From assembly GCA_963575745.1 (NCBI GenBank), contig CAUYUJ010000081.1, forward strand, positions 62,001-126,000: a DNA stretch of 64,000 bases, read 5' to 3'. The position numbers and the translations under genes were made by a program. The notes beneath the pieces are model-generated. The model saw nothing but the letters and a program-made list of their open reading frames with translations. It was not told the DNA's origin and did no database searches. Positions 61,470-64,000 of this stretch are shown in pieces. Position 1 is the stretch's first letter. Every line of letters begins with the position of its first letter. Origin of the DNA: Prorocentrum cordatum (lineage: Eukaryota).

Positions 61470-64000
61470 AACAGCCGCAGGCGGAAGCGCCAGCGGCGGA
61501 AGGTCGCGAACGGGCCGCGGACGCGACTAAATTACCTAACGCGCGCAGGGCCGCGGATCAGGGGGCTCGCGACAGCGTCCAGGGGGGCAAGCCGATGCAA
61601 CCCAGGTGCCATGACAGCCCCTGAACGGGCATGCAGGTGCGTCTCACAGGCCTGAGGTAGGCAGAGACGACTCAGCGCAGCCAAAATGGCGCGATAACGT
61701 TCCAACGTCCAGGTGCGGCCAAGGGAACGACCCGAGGACGTCAGCCCCAGCCTGTCGGGTAGCACAGACAATGGGGTAGTAAGTCCAACGAGGATCCCGA
61801 CGGCGGCAGCGAGCCGCGGCGCCAGAACGACATCAAGGTGCATCCATGTTCCGAGAAGACTACCACACCGAGATGTTTCGGCCCAGACCCAGCGGGTGGA
61901 AATGCACCTGATGCACGCTACCCGTCGAAACGCGGCGCGTGCACACCACAGTGTCACAGTGCAGTCCAAAGAGACGGAGAGCACAGGCGGAACGAGACCG
62001 TGTATACCCAGGCAAGTCCCACAAAACCACTGATCCAGGGTCGCGGTAGGAAGCCGTCCAGCAATGGGAGTCCAGAGGGCACCGATCCATGGAGCCTGAA
62101 GGGTACCACAGGCTGACTGGGAACAAGGACCAACGGAACAAAAACTGACGGCGAGCCAGTCGCAACGCAAGAAGCGCATCCAGGGTGTGGAGTATGAAGA
62201 CAAGACAGAACATCCACAACTGAGATGCGACAGCCCAGATCCGACGAGTGGAAGGGCGTAGAAGAGCACGATGCACGGCAGACCCCGAGGATTATGCACA
62301 TCTAAGGTGGCCCAGCGATGCCCAACCGAGTCGTCTAGCACAGAGGGGCGAGGACGCCTTGTACCCGAGACGTGTCCCTCAGAGCCAATGGATCCAGGGT
62401 GGCGGCGGAAGGCCGTGCTTCTTGTTTGAAAGGTCCAGGGTGACGGCGGAAGGCCGATCGTTCGGTTAGAAAGTCCAGGGGGAAGCCAGTGGTCAGGCGA
62501 GCCGTGGCCCACTGACAGGCCAGGAAGGCCTGGCGGTGAGACAACTACAGCAGGGCCTGAGGCCGCGAGTCCACTGCGGAGAGGCGGTGGACGGTATTGC
62601 CGAAACGCGCACCTGGATCCAAAGGCAGGAGGTGCGCGCGCCGGGTGGAGGGCGGCAGATCGCCGCGATTAGGGGCCCGCGGCGCGGCCTGGGCAGCGCC
62701 CGCTGGGACTCAGGAAGTGAAACAAGGCGGGGGGAGAGGAGCCGAGTGACAAGAGGGCGTCGGCCACCGGTGGAGAAAGGCAGTGATGCCAGTGGCAAGT
62801 GGTCTGCAGGATGCGTGGTGTCACGCGCGGAGCAGACGGCATTACCGAACGGCGCCCCAAGGCCAAGGGTGAGAGAGGGTGCCGCTCAGGGGAGGGGAGG
62901 CAGAGCTGCCCCAGGTTGAGGGAAAGGGCGGCAGAGGGCCGCGGTGGCGTGTTGTGAAGCGCAGGTGGTGGGGCGGGCACTGAGGGGCGGTGAGGGCAGA
63001 GAGGGAGTTCAGTCTCTCCAGCGGAGTCTCTTTTCCTCTCGATCATCCCGATCATCAGGGTAGCCTCCGCCGCGCTTGCCACCCGCCTGCCAGTGATCCT
63101 CACGCCATCCGTCGCGCCACTCGCCCTGCCAACTGCTCCAGGTGTCCCAGGAACTTGTCGCGCGGTCGCGCCAGCCCGTGTTGCGATAGCCGCCTTTGCT
63201 CCAGTCGTCTGTCTGGGAGTGACGCAGGTAGTTGGCTCGTATCTTGTTCCAGTCGATATCATAGCCCAGCCTCCTGTTCATCTCGCAGGCGTCGTACCCG
63301 CAATCCTTCCAGGCCTCTAGGAAGTTGATGATATCCGAGGGCATGTGTAGTTTCGGGTCCAACTTGGGCGCCCTCCATCCAGGGAGCAGGGTACGCTGCG
63401 TGTTCGCTGTCCACAGTGCGCAAAAGACTGCTCCCAGCTGCGACTGAAGCCTGGGCATGCGACTGGCTGGTGTCTCGTCGGGACGTTCGAGTTCGACGGT
63501 GCCCAGCCTGACTTTGTACATTGGGCCGCCTCCATCAGGGCAGGACAGCATGTTGAGTGCGTCCTGCTCCGAAGAGCCAGTATGGCGAGAGTAATGGGGC
63601 CTCCGCTCAGGGGGCGTCGGGGTGGGCGCGGGAAAGCGCTCGTGCCGCGAGCCGCCACCGTCGCTGGTCCTCTCGTGCCTCGCGGGGTCTCGAGCTGGAG
63701 CCCTCCTGTGATCGGCGTAGGGCGTGTCTTCTGCGACTGAAATCGCGGTATCCTCGCGGCTGGTGTCAGAGCTGCCCGCCGACGGGCTACGCTGTGGGGC
63801 ATCGCCGCCTGAGCGATTATCATCACCCTCCTGGGCCGACTCGGAAGGCGTGGGAGGACGGGCGGGTCCATCCTCTTCGTAGTCGGGCTCCATCTTGTGA
63901 AGGGGGAGCCCGTCTTCCGCGCCTTCACCGCTGTCGTCGTCGGGCGGGTCATGGTGGCCCATGCGTGAGTCGTCTGCTGAGACCTGAGACCTGTCTGTGT
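61470..64000 (-). mobile_element. LINE-like non-LTR retrotransposon fragment (ORF1 plus decayed AP-endonuclease region), cut off at the adjacent repeat
   Basis: An intronless 317-aa ORF is followed downstream by frameshifted endonuclease-like pieces (FLACQ.., HRWATLDVH..VLFYA, GTWMHLDVVLA). No RT is visible in the window. Confidence 0.5.
63009..63962 (-). CDS. Open 317-aa ORF, probable retrotransposon ORF1/Gag-like protein (acidic disordered N-terminus, globular middle, Trp/Arg/Asp-rich tail)
   Basis: ATG start; not microsatellite-derived; protein-like composition; lies upstream of the endonuclease remnants. Confidence 0.6.
   Translation of the reverse strand: MGHHDPPDDDSGEGAEDGLPLHKMEPDYEEDGPARPPTPSESAQEGDDNRSGGDAPQRSPSAGSSDTSREDTAISVAEDTPYADHRRAPARDPARHERTSDGGGSRHERFPAPTPTPPERRPHYSRHTGSSEQDALNMLSCPDGGGPMYKVRLGTVELERPDETPASRMPRLQSQLGAVFCALWTANTQRTLLPGWRAPKLDPKLHMPSDIINFLEAWKDCGYDACEMNRRLGYDIDWNKIRANYLRHSQTDDWSKGGYRNTGWRDRATSSWDTWSSWQGEWRDGWREDHWQAGGKRGGGYPDDRDDREEKRLRWRD

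Noticed and set aside
61676..61693. Relic dinoflagellate spliced leader (GCCATTTTGGCT on the minus strand); also TGGCTCAAG at about 57390 and 53410
   Set aside because: Only 9-12 of 22 nt match, and the sites lie inside a LINE, at a candidate splice acceptor or in a repeat

Overview
Eukaryotic, GC-rich, repeat-saturated nuclear DNA. No operons, rRNA, tRNA or CRISPR arrays are visible, and nearly all ORFs in the supplied track come from low-complexity repeats. The style is most consistent with a dinoflagellate (inference; Prorocentrum-like): AG|G acceptors, GT/GC/GA donors, tiny exons in multi-kb repeat-filled introns, and GGCCCCAAGAG-rich dispersed repeats. Main contents: (1) a hand-assembled minus-strand multi-exon gene of unknown product, about 43.8 kb down to about 5 kb, with further candidate exons up to about 57 kb; (2) an internally deleted Ty1/copia element with very short (82-85 bp) LTRs at 13799-17789, whose RNase H carries a 17-bp fold-back insertion; (3) a second, heavily decayed copia RT/integrase remnant at about 22-25.4 kb; (4) a decayed intronless ORF with an SH3/KOW-like module and a NAC-alpha-like UBA module at about 29 kb; (5) a LINE-like element with an open ORF1 and decayed endonuclease at the right end; (6) several MITE families and a Helentron/HINE-like repeat; (7) many micro- and minisatellites. 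I found no clear new molecular system. The best leads are the cryptic gene with a possible frame-switching microexon, the compact copia with its repair scar, and the apparent CpG gain in decayed transposon DNA. All protein assignments are by-eye motif recognition, not database results.
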